DNA of 64,000 bases, from contig OX597833.1 of the NCBI GenBank assembly GCA_951406725.2, forward strand, positions 61,256,001 through 61,320,000, read 5' to 3'. Below the pieces are notes generated by a model. It did not search any database and had not been told where the DNA came from. It saw nothing but the letters and a program-made list of their open reading frames with translations. Origin of the DNA: Octopus vulgaris. Lineage: Eukaryota. The translations under genes were made by a program, and so were the position numbers. Positions 37,719 through 50,876 of this stretch are shown in pieces; position 1 is the stretch's first letter; each line of letters starts with the position of its first letter.

Positions 37719-38711
37719 TTAAAAGGGTTAAGGCAGTACCCCAGTATAGCTGTAATTCAAAAAGAGACAGTGCATGGTAACAAAAGAGTTAAAGCACTAA
37801 CCTGGTTATTTCACAAAGTACTTGTATCTAATATCTTGTGTCTAATCTAATGCAACAATGACTTGGTGAAATGAAGCCTACTAACTACAAACTAGTCTAA
37901 ATACTATAATAATCTTGAGAAGGTCACTTAGCAGCTGAAATCCTAAATCATTACATTAATGGAATGTTACCGATAGTACAGAGTAACTACTTTGAAAGTA
38001 GTTTAGTATCAAAACGTAATGGTGTGAATTGCTTTCTAAATAATTAAGCACAATAATAGGCACGGATGAGGCGGTGCGGTTAATAAGTTTGCTTCCCAAA
38101 TAATGTAATTTGGGGTTCAGTCTCACTGCACAGCACTGTTGGCAAGTGTCTTCTACTGTGACCCTGGGCTCACTAAACCCTTGTGCACCATCATCATCGT
38201 TTAATGTCCGTTTTCCATTCTAGCATGGGTTGGACAGTTCGGCCAGGGTCTGGGAAGCCAGGAGGCTGCACCAGGCTCCAGTCTGATCTGGCAGTGTTTC
38301 TACAACTGGATGCCCTTCCTAATGCCAACTACCCCTTGTTCTATGTTTAAACTGGTCAGATCTAGCCTTTCACACCTAACCTACAATGTCATTCTTTGAA
38401 ATATATAGTCACATCATCGAAATCTCAAAGCTACAAGATAACACATAATTCAAAACAATTTGAATAAATAAGCCTTACACATGATACTAACCTGTCATGT
38501 GTAATGTTTATTTACTCTTACTCTTTTACTTGTTTCAGTCATTTGACTGCGGCCATGCTGGAGCACCGCCTTTAGTCGAGCAAATTGACCCTGGGACTTA
38601 TTCTTTGTAAGCCCAGTACTTATTCTATCGGTCTCTTTTTGCCGAACCGCTAAGTGACGGGGACGTAAACACACCAGCATCGGTGTCAAGCAATGCTAGA
38701 GGGACAAACAC

Positions 38712-38744
<33 letters not shown>

Positions 38745-39526
38745 CATATATACGACAGGCTTCTTTCAGTTTCCGTCTACCAAATGCACTCACAAGGCAT
38801 TGGTCGGCCCGGGGCTATAGCAGAAGACACTTGCCCAAGATGCCAGGCAGTGGGACTGAACCCGGAACCATGTGGTTGGTAAGCAAGCTACTTTCCACAC
38901 AGCTACTCCTTAAAAAATCCTTAAAAATGTTTTAGCCCGAAGGCCGTGGCCATGATGGGGCACCACCGCTGAAATATCAGTGCCTTCGTGTCTATTTTTG
39001 TTCACTAAAGGGTTAAATCTTGGCCTATTTTCACAGTCTGTTCTTTTTCTTGTCCAGTTTCCTTCCGCTATATTCATTTATCAAATCCTCTTTCTTCTTT
39101 GCTAAAAAACCCCGCACTGCACCTCAAAACTATTTAATGCCTCACTGGAATGACTTAAATAAATATATAAAAAAGCCAGCTGTTAGTCACTTGACCTCGA
39201 ATGTCTTATCACATTGGAGCCAAATACACTGGAGTTATTTATTTATTTATTTATTTAGAAGGAAATAAATAGTAAAGAAACAAAATCAACAATATTCTCT
39301 CCTCTTCCTCCTCCTCTTTATCTCTCATCTCCCCCCCCCCTCTTCCTTAGTAAGCCTTCATGGCCATCCATTGAAAACTAAACAAAATTAATTAGGTTTT
39401 TAGAAAAAAAATTTAAAAAGAAAACGAAAAAAAAAAAAAATAAAAGCACAGGCATTGCTATGCGGTTAGGAAGTTTGCTTTGCAACCGCAATGTTGGCGG
39501 GGACAAACACAGACACACAAATGTAT

Positions 39527-39557
<31 letters not shown>

Positions 39558-39782
39558 TACGACGAGCTTCTTTCAGTTTCTGTCTACCAAATCCACTCTC
39601 AAGCTATAGTAGAAGGCACTTGCCCAAGGTGCCATGCAGTGGGACTGAACCCGGAACCATGTGGTTCGTAAGCAAGCTACTTACCACACAGCCACTCCTC
39701 CGCCTAACAGCTATATAAAATGTTTTTATGATCAGGTAGGATATATTTACCCCTGGCCAACAGCCACAGACTTCACAATACC

Positions 39783-40242
39783 TATTTCTTTACTACCCAC
39801 AAGAGGCTAAACACAGAGGAGACAAACAAGGACAGACAAACGGATTAAGTCGATTATGTCGACCCCAGTGCATAACTGGTACTTAATTTATCGACCCCAA
39901 AAGGATGAAAGGCAAAGTCAACCTCGTCGGAATTTGAACTCGGAACATAACGGCAGACAAAATAGTGCTAAGCATTTCGCCCGGCGTGCTAATGATTCTG
40001 CCAGCTCGCCGCCTTTACTATACCTATTTCTTTACAACCCACAAGGGGCTAAACACAGAGGAGACAAACAGATTAAGTCGATTATGTCGACCCCAGTGCA
40101 TAACTGGTCCTTAATTTATCGACCCCAAAAGGATGAAAGGCAAAGTCGACCTCGGCGGAATTTGAACTCAGAATGTAACGGCAGACGAAATACCGCTAAG
40201 CATTTCACCCGGCATGCTAACGTTTCTGCCAGCTCGCCGCCT
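39783..40242 (-). mobile_element. Two adjacent full-head SINE family A monomers
   Basis: Both have complete heads and both 3' ends abut GGTAT. Confidence 0.85.
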
Positions 40243-40609
40243 TTCACAGCCTTCACTATACCATGGGCCACACTGCTCTATGGATGTTTTTGTTCCATGG
40301 ATCAGACTATGTTCCATAGCTATCGCTCCCTACCACTAGCTACCAATGCCCAAAATTCCCTCAGTACATGCATTATGACATTGAAAATACCAAAATTGGA
40401 ACGAGACAGAGCGACTACGAAACTAAGTGACATCTCAAGAACTGCATCTAAGCAGTTGTCCAGTACACACACACGATTTCCACTTAAAATGCTACTGCAG
40501 GAGTTGTTTTGATGGTCATGAAGTTTCGCAGTGCACAAATCCTAAAGCTGATAAGTGTTCAAGCTAAGTGTATTGACAAGAGTGGCCGTTGTAAAGAGGA
40601 ATGGAAATA

Positions 40610-40670
40610 GATATATATATATATACACGCACATATACATACATGTTCTTGTCCCAGTTTGCATTTTTTT

Positions 40671-40707
<37 letters not shown>

Positions 40708-40910
40708 CACACACACATATATATACACACATATATATACACACACATATATATACACACACACATATATACACACACACATATACACACACACACATAT
40801 ACACACACACACATATATACACACACATATATATACACACACACACACATATATATACACACACACATACACACACACATATACACACACACATACACAC
40901 ACACACACAC

Positions 40911-40991
<81 letters not shown>

Positions 40992-41025
40992 CACATACAC
41001 ACACATGTATACATATACACACACG
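40610..41025. repeat. (CA)n/(TA)n microsatellite
   Basis: Direct inspection. Confidence 0.93.
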
Positions 41026-41065
41026 TGAGAGAGAAAATTAATGACATTTCTGATAATTTTTTTAT

Positions 41066-41610
41066 CAGAGGGAAAGTTAAAATCCCACTGATAGAAGTGA
41101 GAGGTCAACTTTCCCTTTCACCACCCACCAAGGGACCAACATAAAAAGCACTAGGTATGCATGCATCTATATACTTTGAAGCATTTAGCATACATCCTTT
41201 GTCCACCTATTTGTTTTATAAGTATTTTAGGAAGTTCCTATCCCCTATGAATCAATGTACTTACAGGGTGTTGAGCTGTTTAGATCAGTGGTTCTCAAGC
41301 ATTTTTCACTTATGAACCCCTCTGATCCCTATTTTACTTGGGTGGACCCTTATAAGCAGTTGATGCTTAAAAATTCCTATTTTATCTTTATAATTAAATA
41401 TTACTTTCAAATTTTGGTACAAGGCCAGCAATTTTGTGGGCGGGAATAAGTTGATTGCATTGACCCCCAATGTTCAACTGGGACTTATTTTATTGACCTA
41501 GAAAGGATGAAAGGCAAAGGTGACCTCAGAACGTAAAGTCAGACGAACTACTGCTATTTATTTTGTCCAGTGTGGCAAAAATTCTGCCAGCTTGCTGCCT
41601 TAATAATAAT
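41066..41610 (+). repeat. Direct duplicate of 7899-7991 plus 8699-9155; includes the left part of a hAT-like MITE (41286-~41759)
   Basis: Near-identical sequence; the ORFs at 8793 and 41255 translate almost identically. Confidence 0.9.
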
Positions 41611-42232
41611 AATTAAATATTATTAAGAATTGTATAAAAAAATTGTTAAAATATTTTGTGTATTGTAAAAGTATAACTAATTTTATTGCACATAAATTTT
41701 AACTACAAAATCTTATATGGGCCCCCAAGGGCTATATGAACCCTAGCTGAAAACCACTAATGAAGACATATATGTGTGTGTGTGTTGAAACATTCCTGTC
41801 ACAACATGGGACCTTGAAGACTGCTTAAATGCAAGAAAGTATACTAGTCCCTTAATATTTCATCCATTCAATAAGACAATCAATACTTCATCTCATTTTA
41901 CTATATATACTATTTACACTATATATTTATATATTCTATATTCTACATGAATATTATAAAGAATACAAATAAAACATAAAAAACAGAGTTGGAATTCCTT
42001 TGAATAATATATATCCCTCTATACACAATCATACAACCCCCTTTATATATAATTATATTATATTTATCTTTTTATACGTTTTGGTTAATAAAAAAATTTT
42101 TTTTTCATTAAAAAATTTGAATTTTATATTTTATATATATATTATATTAATTATATTTATGTATTGGTTTATGTCTATCACTGAGTTGCTTAATAGTGGT
42201 TTTATCTCTAATTTAATTTAATTTAATTTATG

Positions 42233-42272
<40 letters not shown>

Positions 42273-43117
42273 ATGGAGCGTAGGTGAGCCCCAGACAAAC
42301 TCCTTGGTGCTATTGGATTGATGTCTTTTGCGTGCATGAACTGAAATTGATAGTCTTGCTGTGATCCCTGACCCCAAGAAGGGCAGAGTTCAGTTCATGC
42401 TTTAATCAAGCTATCCTACAATAACAAAGTCTAGTAGAAAACAGCCGACAAGTTTAGACTGAAGAACCAGAGAAAACAAGTCCACACACTCACTCACACA
42501 CACCAATTAATAACATGAAACCGTGTGAGCATGGAGTGGGGGGGGTTGTCGGCAGGAAGACATTAAGCTGTTGCCGCAATTTTCTTAATAGTATCATTGG
42601 CATAATTGGTACAACTAACTTTAATAGTGCTTTTATTTTGCTTCTTTTCGAACCAATTTACTCTTTGAGAAGAAGTCGACAACAACGACAACTATTTCTG
42701 TCAGACATAAACTAAGACGTGACTTTATGACAACTCATAAAGGCTGGTAACTTGTAGCGTAATAGATCTCCTCTGTTGGTTTCATTGGTGGATATTCCGG
42801 TTGATCGGTCAATCATTACTACTTATGGAATTAACATGCAAGTGGTAGAGTATTCCACAGACAAAAGGGCAAAATAGGGTACAAGAGGTATCAGATGTTG
42901 TATACAAGTGGAAAAGCTGATTGTACTGAAGACAGGATATATATGAAGGATGATATGTTTGGTAGAAATCATTATCGTCATCATCTAACATCTGTTGTCC
43001 ATGCTGGCATGGGTTGGACGGTTTGACCAGGGTTGGTAAGCTGAGGGGCTTACCAACTTTGGTATGGTTTCTATGGTTGGATGCCCTTCCTAATGCCAAC
43101 CACTCTAACAGTGTAAT

Positions 43118-44030
43118 GGGTGCTTTTATGTTCCACCAGCATGGGTGCCAGTTACGTGATACCAGCATCATCCACATTGCCTCCATGAGGCCCAATGCTT
43201 GAATGGTGCCTTTTATGTGCCACCAGCATGGGTTCCAGTTACGTGACACCGGTCTCAGCCACATTGCCTCCATGGTGCCTTTTATGTCCCACCAGCATGG
43301 GTGCCAGTTACGTGACACCAGCATCAGCCACATTGCCTCCATGAGGCCCAATGCTTGAATGGTGCCTTTTATGTGCCACCAGCATGGGTTCCAGTTATGT
43401 GACACCAGCATCAGCCACATTGCCTCCATGAGGCCCAATGCTTGAATGGTGCCTTTTATGTGCCACCAGCATGGATGCCAGTTATGTGACACCAGCATCA
43501 GCCACATTGCCTCCATGAGGCCCAATGCTTGAATGGTGCCTTTTATGTGCCACCAGCATGGGTGCCAGTTACGTGACACCAGCATCAGCCACATTGCCTC
43601 CATGAGGCCCAATGCTTGAATGGTGCCTTTTATGTGCCACCAGCATGGGTTCCAGTTATGTGACACCAGCATCAGGCCACATTGCCTCCATGAGGCCCAA
43701 TGCTTGAATGGTGCCTTTTATGTGCCACCAGCATGGGTGCCAGTTACGTGACACCCTCATCAGCCACATTGCCTCCATGAGGCCATGGTGCCTTTTATGT
43801 CCCACCAGCATGGGTGCCAGTTACGTGACACCAGCATCAGCCACATTGCCTCCATGAGGCCCAATGCTTGAATGGTGCCTTTTATGTGCCACCAGCATGG
43901 GTTCCAGTTATGTGACACCAGCATCATCCACATTGCCTCCATGAGGCCCAATGCTTGAATGGTGCCTCTTATGTGCCACCAGCATGGGTGCCAGTTATGT
44001 GCCACCAGCATCAGCACATTGCCTCCATGA
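43118..44030. repeat. 87-bp minisatellite (~10-11 units) at the 5' end of a minus-strand family C SINE
   Basis: Unit ggtgccttttatgtgccaccagcatggg...ggcccaatgcttgaat; gives 29-aa periodicity in ORF 42809-43672. Confidence 0.92.
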
Positions 44031-44696
44031 GATGTATCTGGAAAGAACCTGTGGAAAAGGAAAATAAGATGAAGTGTTGAAAGCTGATCTAAATTGTTGA
44101 ATCCCATGAAATGACAAGAGATCACAGAGGGGGTGGAGAGGAAGCGAGACCCCCCCACACACACACACACTATCCTGGGAAGGACATTCTTCTCACGTAA
44201 TCCTGGGAAAATGAGTAATAATATTGATGAAGATGATAATATTTTGTAATGGAAATTTAGCTGCTATTTTTAGCAGGATGAGTGATGACACTAAGGCTCC
44301 TTTATTGGTGCTCTTACGGTGTTCTTTAAATTCTAGTGGTTTAATAACATCCGGTGCTGCCAATACCACACCAGGATTCACCAAACACGATCTCATTGAA
44401 ATGGTTGGCTCTTGTTTTTTAGGTTTTATTCTTGTTTTTTTGTTGTTTTTGTTTTTTTGTTGTTGATAAAATCTGACCTTTAACCGCAGAGTTTCTGCAC
44501 AATAAAATCCATCTGTAGACCCACAAGCAAATACAAGATTAGATTTCCATCAGTGAATTAATTACCATAAATGGTTCGTGTTGGACCATTCGAGACCAGA
44601 ATCATGACAGCTGCCTAACAAGAAAACATGCAGTCACATGCTTGGCTGTGTAGTAAGAAGGTTGCCTCCAAGCCACATGGTTCCAAGTTCAATACC

Positions 44697-45113
44697 TATT
44701 TCTTTACTACCCACAAGGGGCTAAACACAGAGAGGACAAACAAGGACAGACAAACGGATTAAGTCGATTATATCGACCCCAGTGCATAACTGGTACTTTA
44801 TTTAATCGACCCCGAAAGGATGACAGGCAAAGTCGACCTCGGTGGAATTTGAACTCAGAAAGTAGCGGCAGGCGAAATACCTATTTCTTTACTACCCACA
44901 AGGGGCTAAACACAGAGGGGACAAACAAGGACAGACATAGGATTAAGTCGATTATATCGACCCCAGTGCGTAACTGGTACTTAATTTAATCGACCCCGAA
45001 AGGATGAAAGGCAAAGTCGACCTTGGTGGAATTTGAACTCAGAACATAATGGCAGACAAAATACTGCTAAGCATTTTGCACCGGCATGCTAACGTTTCAG
45101 CCAGCTCACCGCC
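44697..45113 (-). mobile_element. SINE family A dimer with TSD aagttcaata
   Basis: Units at 44697 and 44882; inserted into an older SINE B relic. Confidence 0.88.
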
Positions 45114-46211
45114 CAAAGTTCAATATCATTGTGTAGCTCCTTGGGCAAGTGTATCTACTATAGCCTTGGGGCAACAAAGCCCATGTGAGAGGATTTGGTA
45201 GATAGAAACTTAAAGAAGCCTGTTGTATGTGTGTATGTCTTTGTCCTCAATGACCACTTGACAACTGGTGTTGGTGTGTTTATGTCCCTATAACTTAGCA
45301 GTTCAGTAAAAAGAGACCAACAGAACAAGTACGAGGCTTAGAAACAAAAGTACTGGGGTCGATTCGTTTGACTAAAATTCTTGAAGGCAGTGCCGCAGCA
45401 TGGCCACTAATGAATGAAACAAGTAAGATAAGAAAAAAACAAAACAAAACAAAACAAATATATTTCAGCTCAGGAATGGTTGTGTGGTAAGAAAGTTAAA
45501 GATAAAAGACTGTGTGTGTGTGTGTGTGTGTGTGTATTTTTGGGTGGCCCAAAAGAACAAGTTTTAGAAATGTTGAACTCTCATCCCATCAATTTGTGAG
45601 GCTTGACATATAAACAAACACTGCCTGAAATTTGAAGAAGATTTCATAGTATTTAGTGTTGCCACTAAGCTATTCAATATTTAATTTTCAGCACGAAATA
45701 GAACTTAAAGTAATAAATAGTTTGTAATTGAGATATAGTTGTTTTGTTCCTTCTCGAGCCATGCCTGGTTCATAAGGTCTGGTTTCCTTGGCGTATAGGT
45801 TCCCCACCTGGACTGGACGCCGGTCCGTCGTAGGTGAGCTGCAAGATGCAGGAGGAAAGAGTGAGAGAAAGTTGTGGCGAAAGAGTCAGCAGAAGTTTGC
45901 CACTACCTTCTGCCGGAGCTGCGTGGAGCTTATGTGATTCACTCATAAACACACACACACACATCGCCCGGTCTGAGATTCGAACCGGTGATCTCTCGAC
46001 CGCGAGTCCGCTGCTCTAACCATTAGGCCATGTGCCTCCACACATTGAGATATAGCAAAAGTATTCTATTTATCAATGTATGAAATAGTTCAGTGCAGTG
46101 ACCAAATCATCCGAACAATGTGGCAGACACAGACACACACACACACATTTCATGTGTTGGCCAAACAAGCTCTGGCTCTCCCTGCTTGTGTGAGGCTGTA
46201 CTTCACTCTAC

Positions 46212-46668
46212 GATCAACGAAGCCTGGAAGTCTTCGACAATGACTGCCTCCGGTGCATTCTTCGCTGCCGTCGGGTGGATCGAGTTCCCACCGCCAATCT
46301 CCGACTTCGCCTGTCTCTGCGGCCCCTTCCATCTGTCCTTCTGCAACGGCGCTTGCAGTGGTTTAGCCATGCATGTAAGCGTCCGGTGGGTGAACTGAGC
46401 CGTGATGTCCTTCTCCCAACTCCACTTCTCAACTGGCGGAAATGCGTGGGCGGGCAGCTGAAGACCTGGGCTACGACGATCAAGGAGGACTTCTCCATGC
46501 TCACGGGACTGCAGGTGGTCGGCCTGCGCTGATGGAACCGTGACTGGCTCGCTATTTCCAGTGAACTGGCGCAGGACCGTCGTGCGTGGGCTACCATGGT
46601 TCGAGATGCCTCGAGGGTGGTAGAAGCCGACTCAACCCGCCCTGGGTGAATGTCGCCACAAGTAAGTA
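46212..46668 (+). mobile_element. RTE-clade LINE 3' fragment
   Basis: RRLEVFDNDCLRCIL...RRLQWFSHA...GGQLKTW...LAQDRRAW with one internal stop; caagtaagta tail. Confidence 0.85.
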
Positions 46669-46849
46669 CGCTGTAGGCTGTATTACCCAATGGGTATTGT
46701 TATAGCTTTTGTCATGTGTAGATGTGTCAGGGCTCCACTACCATAGTGCTTTAAATAAACAATTCTGTTTTAATGAAAAGTGAAAAACGGATTTGGCTTA
46801 TTTGATATATGATTGAAAAGATTAGCAGTAAAAGACTCCCATCAATTGG

Positions 46850-47148
46850 AGATGTATTACGATGCATTTTTTTTTTATCTCACACACAAGAAAACAGTGA
46901 AGGAAGCATCAGATGTTTTGCATTCAGAAATAGACGAGATCTGGGACAACACTAAGATACCAATCAGGGAGAAACAACATGTGCTTAGCAAGATTCGAAA
47001 AGTGTATGAACAATACAGATCACTTTAAAACTCAGAATCAAGGAGAAGTCAAAATCAAATTGCAAATGAAGCCAAATTTAAGGATCGCTGGGACAAATTA
47101 TTTGACATTGCTCATGCGGATGCAATAAAAATAATGTCAAATGAAGAA
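46850..47148 (+). pseudogene. DNA-transposase N-terminal relic (hAT-like), truncated by SINE D
   Basis: IWDNTKIP...KIRKVYEQYRSL*...NEAKFKDRWDKLFDIAHADAIKIMSNEE resembles invertebrate transposase N-termini. Superfamily uncertain. Confidence 0.55.
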
Positions 47149-47367
47149 GGTTTGTCTGTTCCTTCTTGAGCCATGCTTGGCTCATAAGGGCCGATTTCCT
47201 TGGCGTATAGGTTCCCCAACTGGACGGGACGCCAGTCCGTCGCAGGTGAGCTGCAAGATGCAGGAGGAAAGAGTGAGAGAAAGTTGTGGCGAAAGAGTCA
47301 GCAGAAGTTCCCCATTACTTTCTGCCGGGTGGAGCTTAGGTATTTCGATCATAAACACATACATATA

Positions 47368-47570
47368 TCTATTATATAAAATCCGTTCTATCTGTCTGTG
47401 TGTCTTCTAGGATCTCGAGCATCCTCCATCTGATTGCGCTCAAATTTGATATGTAGATACTGATGGTATCAGGGTGTGTAGAAGTCTTGAAAAGATTACG
47501 AAGATCGATTCCAGGTGAGAATGTGATCGATAAAGCCGTGGGAAATCGTTTTTCTTTGGAATAGAAAAAA
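47368..47570 (+). mobile_element. Helitron-like 5' fragment (longer relative at ~62590-63345)
   Basis: A|TC start, tatataaa, ctgtctgtgtgt motif; homologous to the 62590 copy. Confidence 0.55.
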
Positions 47571-49624
47571 AGAAGGGAGTCTTTACATACATATATATAA
47601 AATAAATTTACACTTCATATTCAAGGCTCTGACGAAGCTATAAGGTGTTACTCAGGCACTCAACTATGAAGATTCTGGGTCATGGACTCAAATTGTGGAT
47701 GTAGATTTTTACTTTATTATAACCCAAGTGTGCATGCACACAGATGCAAATGTGCATGCACACAGATGCAAATGTGCATGCACAAACACACTCTTTTCCA
47801 AGCTGGGGCAGTCATATATCTCCTCTACTGCAAGACACAGGTCTTGTCCCTTTAGCATACTGTAGCCTTTCATCACCCGGCACAAAGCCACCTCCCACAA
47901 TACTACTCTACACTTAGCTGAGAGACCCTCCTGTCTTGCAAGTCACTTGGAGACCTTGCCATTGCTGGTACCCTTATAAAAAGCATGCTGTACAGCCTGT
48001 AAAGTGGTTGGTGTAAGGAAGGGCGTCCAGCCATGCAAACCATGCCAAAGCAGATATTGGAGCTTGGCACAGACTTCTTGCTTGCCAGCCCCTATCAAAT
48101 CATTCAACCCATGCCAGCATGGAAAAGTAAATATTAAATGATCACACACACACCACACACATAGGTGCAGGAGTGGCTGTGTGGTAAGTAGCTTGCTAAC
48201 CAACCACATGGTTCTGGGTTCAGTCCCAGTGCGTGGCATCTTGGGCAACTGTCTTCTTCTATAGCCCCAGGCCGACCAATGCCTTGTGAGTGGATTTGGT
48301 AGACGGAAACTGAAAGAAGCCTGTCGTATATATGTATATATATATATAAGTGTGTGTGTATATGTTTGTGTGTATATGTTTGTGTGTCTGTGTTTGTCCC
48401 CTTAGCATTGCTTGACAACCAATGCTGGTGAGTTTATGTCCCTGTCACTTAGCGGTTCGGCAAAAGAGACCGATAGAATAAGTACTGGGCTTACAAAGAA
48501 TAAGTCCCGGGGTCGATTTGCTCGACTAAAGGCGGTGCTCCAGCATGGCCGCAGTCAAATGACTGAAACAAGTAAAAGAGTAAAGAGAGTAAAGAGTACA
48601 CACACACGCATGTGTGTGCATATGCAGTTGTGCATGTATGTTGAAATAAATGTCCCTTTTCCCACCAATAACAGGTTAGACAAAATCATTAAAACCATAT
48701 CTATAATAACTCTTAATTTATGCACAGTCTACGACTGGTTATGACTAACAACAACATTTACAATACTCATTCACATATATATTGATTATTAGTGAATAAT
48801 TAATTAGCTAGCTCCAATCAAGGTCAACAGAGACAGATGTTCATTAGTACACCATTAACCACCATGCCTTGCATAACAACAGCTGTGTGTTGGGGGGAGA
48901 TTTGGTTGCTATTTCTAGTAAGGCAACCAGCTACAGACTCCCTTTGCTAGCTCAGAGCTTCAAAAACAAAGTTGTTACATAGGGTTTTAGAAACCACAAC
49001 TAGAGTGTCTGCTAAGGAGAGAAATGCTAAATGGTTGTCAAAGTGTATCTCGGTTTTAGAACAGAACCTGTCTTCACATGTTGTGCAATCTTTGTAAACA
49101 AAGGGTTCATTCATTCAGTTTGTTTGTTTGTTTCCAGTTCCCCAACAGTAAACACGTCTGGGCTGTTTTGTTGTTTTTGATAGAATGGAAAATTGTTTTC
49201 TCAGAGCCGAGTGTGGGTTGGCATTAGGAAGGGCATCCAGTCGTTGAAAACTGCTCCAACGTACGCGTAGTTGAACAGTGTAAGCTTAGAAAAGTTGGAG
49301 GTTAAAAATGATGAGGGTGATGAAAGGAGGAGGAGGAGAGACAGTACGAAGTTTTGAATGGCAGGAAAGTAATGTGGACGAGCAATAGAGAGAACAAAAA
49401 AATGTGGAACAGGATCTGGTCTTTACATGAAGTGTTTCCAGCTGTGACAATGGCAACACATCGACTCATTTCAGAGTGTTCAGTTGGTGTTGAGTCAACG
49501 GAGCAATATCAGCTCTTTTGAAATACCAAAAATAATAGCTACAATGATGCGGGACAAGAGAATCGAATGAATTTTCTTACTAGAGATGGGTACAGGGTCA
49601 ATGAAATAAACTCAGGTTTATTGC

Positions 49625-50456
49625 CTTTCATCCTTTTGGGGGGGTCGATAAATAAAGTACCAGTTTCGCACTGGGGTCGATGTAATCGACTCAATCTGTT
49701 TGTCTGTTCTTGTATCCTTTCGGGGTTGATTAAATAAGTACCAGTTACGCACTGGGGCCGATGTAATCGACTTAATCCGTTTGTCCGCTCTGGGTTTAGC
49801 CCCTTGTGGGCAGTTAAGAAATTGGTATTTCGTCTGCCGCTACGTTCCGAGTTCAAATTCCGCCAAGGTCGACTTTGCCTTTCATCCTTTCGGGGTTGAT
49901 TAAATAAGTACCAGTTTCGCACTGGGGTCGATGTAATCGACTCAATCCGTTTGTCTGTTCTTGTATCCTTTCGGGGTTGATTAAATAAGTACCAGTTACG
50001 CACTGGGGCCGATGTAATCAACTTAATCCGTTTATCTGTCCTTGTTTGTCCGCTCTGTGTTTAGCCCCTTGTGGGCAGTTAAGAAATTGGTATTTCGTCT
50101 GCCGTTACGTTCTGAGTTCAAATTCCACCATGGTCGACTTTGCCTTTCATCCTTTCGGGGTTGATTAAATAAGTACCAGTTTCGCACTGGGGTCGATGTA
50201 ATCGACTTAATCCATTTGTCTGTCCTTGTTTGTCCGCTCTGTGTTTAGCCCCTTGTGGGCAGTTAAGAAATTGGTATTTCGTCTGCCGCTACGTTCTGAG
50301 TTCAAATTCCGCCGTGGTCGACTTTGCCTTTCATCCTTTCGGGGTCGATTAAATAAGTACCAGTTACGCACTGGGGTCAATGTAATCGACTTAATCCGTT
50401 TGTCTGTCCTTGTTTGTCCCCTCTGTGTGTAGCCCCTTGTGGGCAGTAAAGAAAAA
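49625..50456 (+). mobile_element. 5'-truncated SINE family A multimer (~5 units, some internally deleted)
   Basis: Repeated units with gaaatt|ggtatttcg junctions; flanking direct repeat accaaaaa(a)taatagcta. Confidence 0.85.
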
Positions 50457-50876
50457 ACCAAAAAATAATAGCTAAATGGTGATGGTCATGATGATGATGA
50501 TGATGACATCTGCAATAAACCTGAGTTGATTTCATTGACCCTGGACCCATCTCTCGTAAGAAAACTCATTAGATTCCCTTGTACCACATCATTGTAGCAA
50601 CAATCATGTCATGACGCTGATCTGGAAAAAAAGGAGTGACCTTTATTTTTATTGACACTTGGTGATTAGTGACCAAGACCGTTATTCCCAGAATCTCAAA
50701 CAAGGAAGAAAAATAAAATTAAAAAAAAAAAACTCAGGCTGGAAGTAAATTCCAGAGAGTTGATACTAAGAGGAGAAAACACTGGGTAAAAGTGGCATTT
50801 GTTGCAGGACTTCTGGGACATAGCCTGGGTGATCAGAGGTAGTTAGACCTGGCTAATGGCTGTATACAACTATTAA

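Noticed and set aside
41850-42230. Possible mitochondrial control-region NUMT
   Set aside because: Only AT-richness and a short hairpin; no recognisable mt gene or tRNA. A BLAST against the mitogenome would decide.
42334-42400. 12-bp inverted repeat GCATGAACTGAA/TTCAGTTCATGC as a pre-miRNA
   Set aside because: Stem too short and interior poorly paired.
42809-43672. 287-aa repeat protein or CRISPR-like array
   Set aside because: 87-bp minisatellite with no unique spacers, no cas genes, eukaryotic context; the frame runs into SINE sequence.
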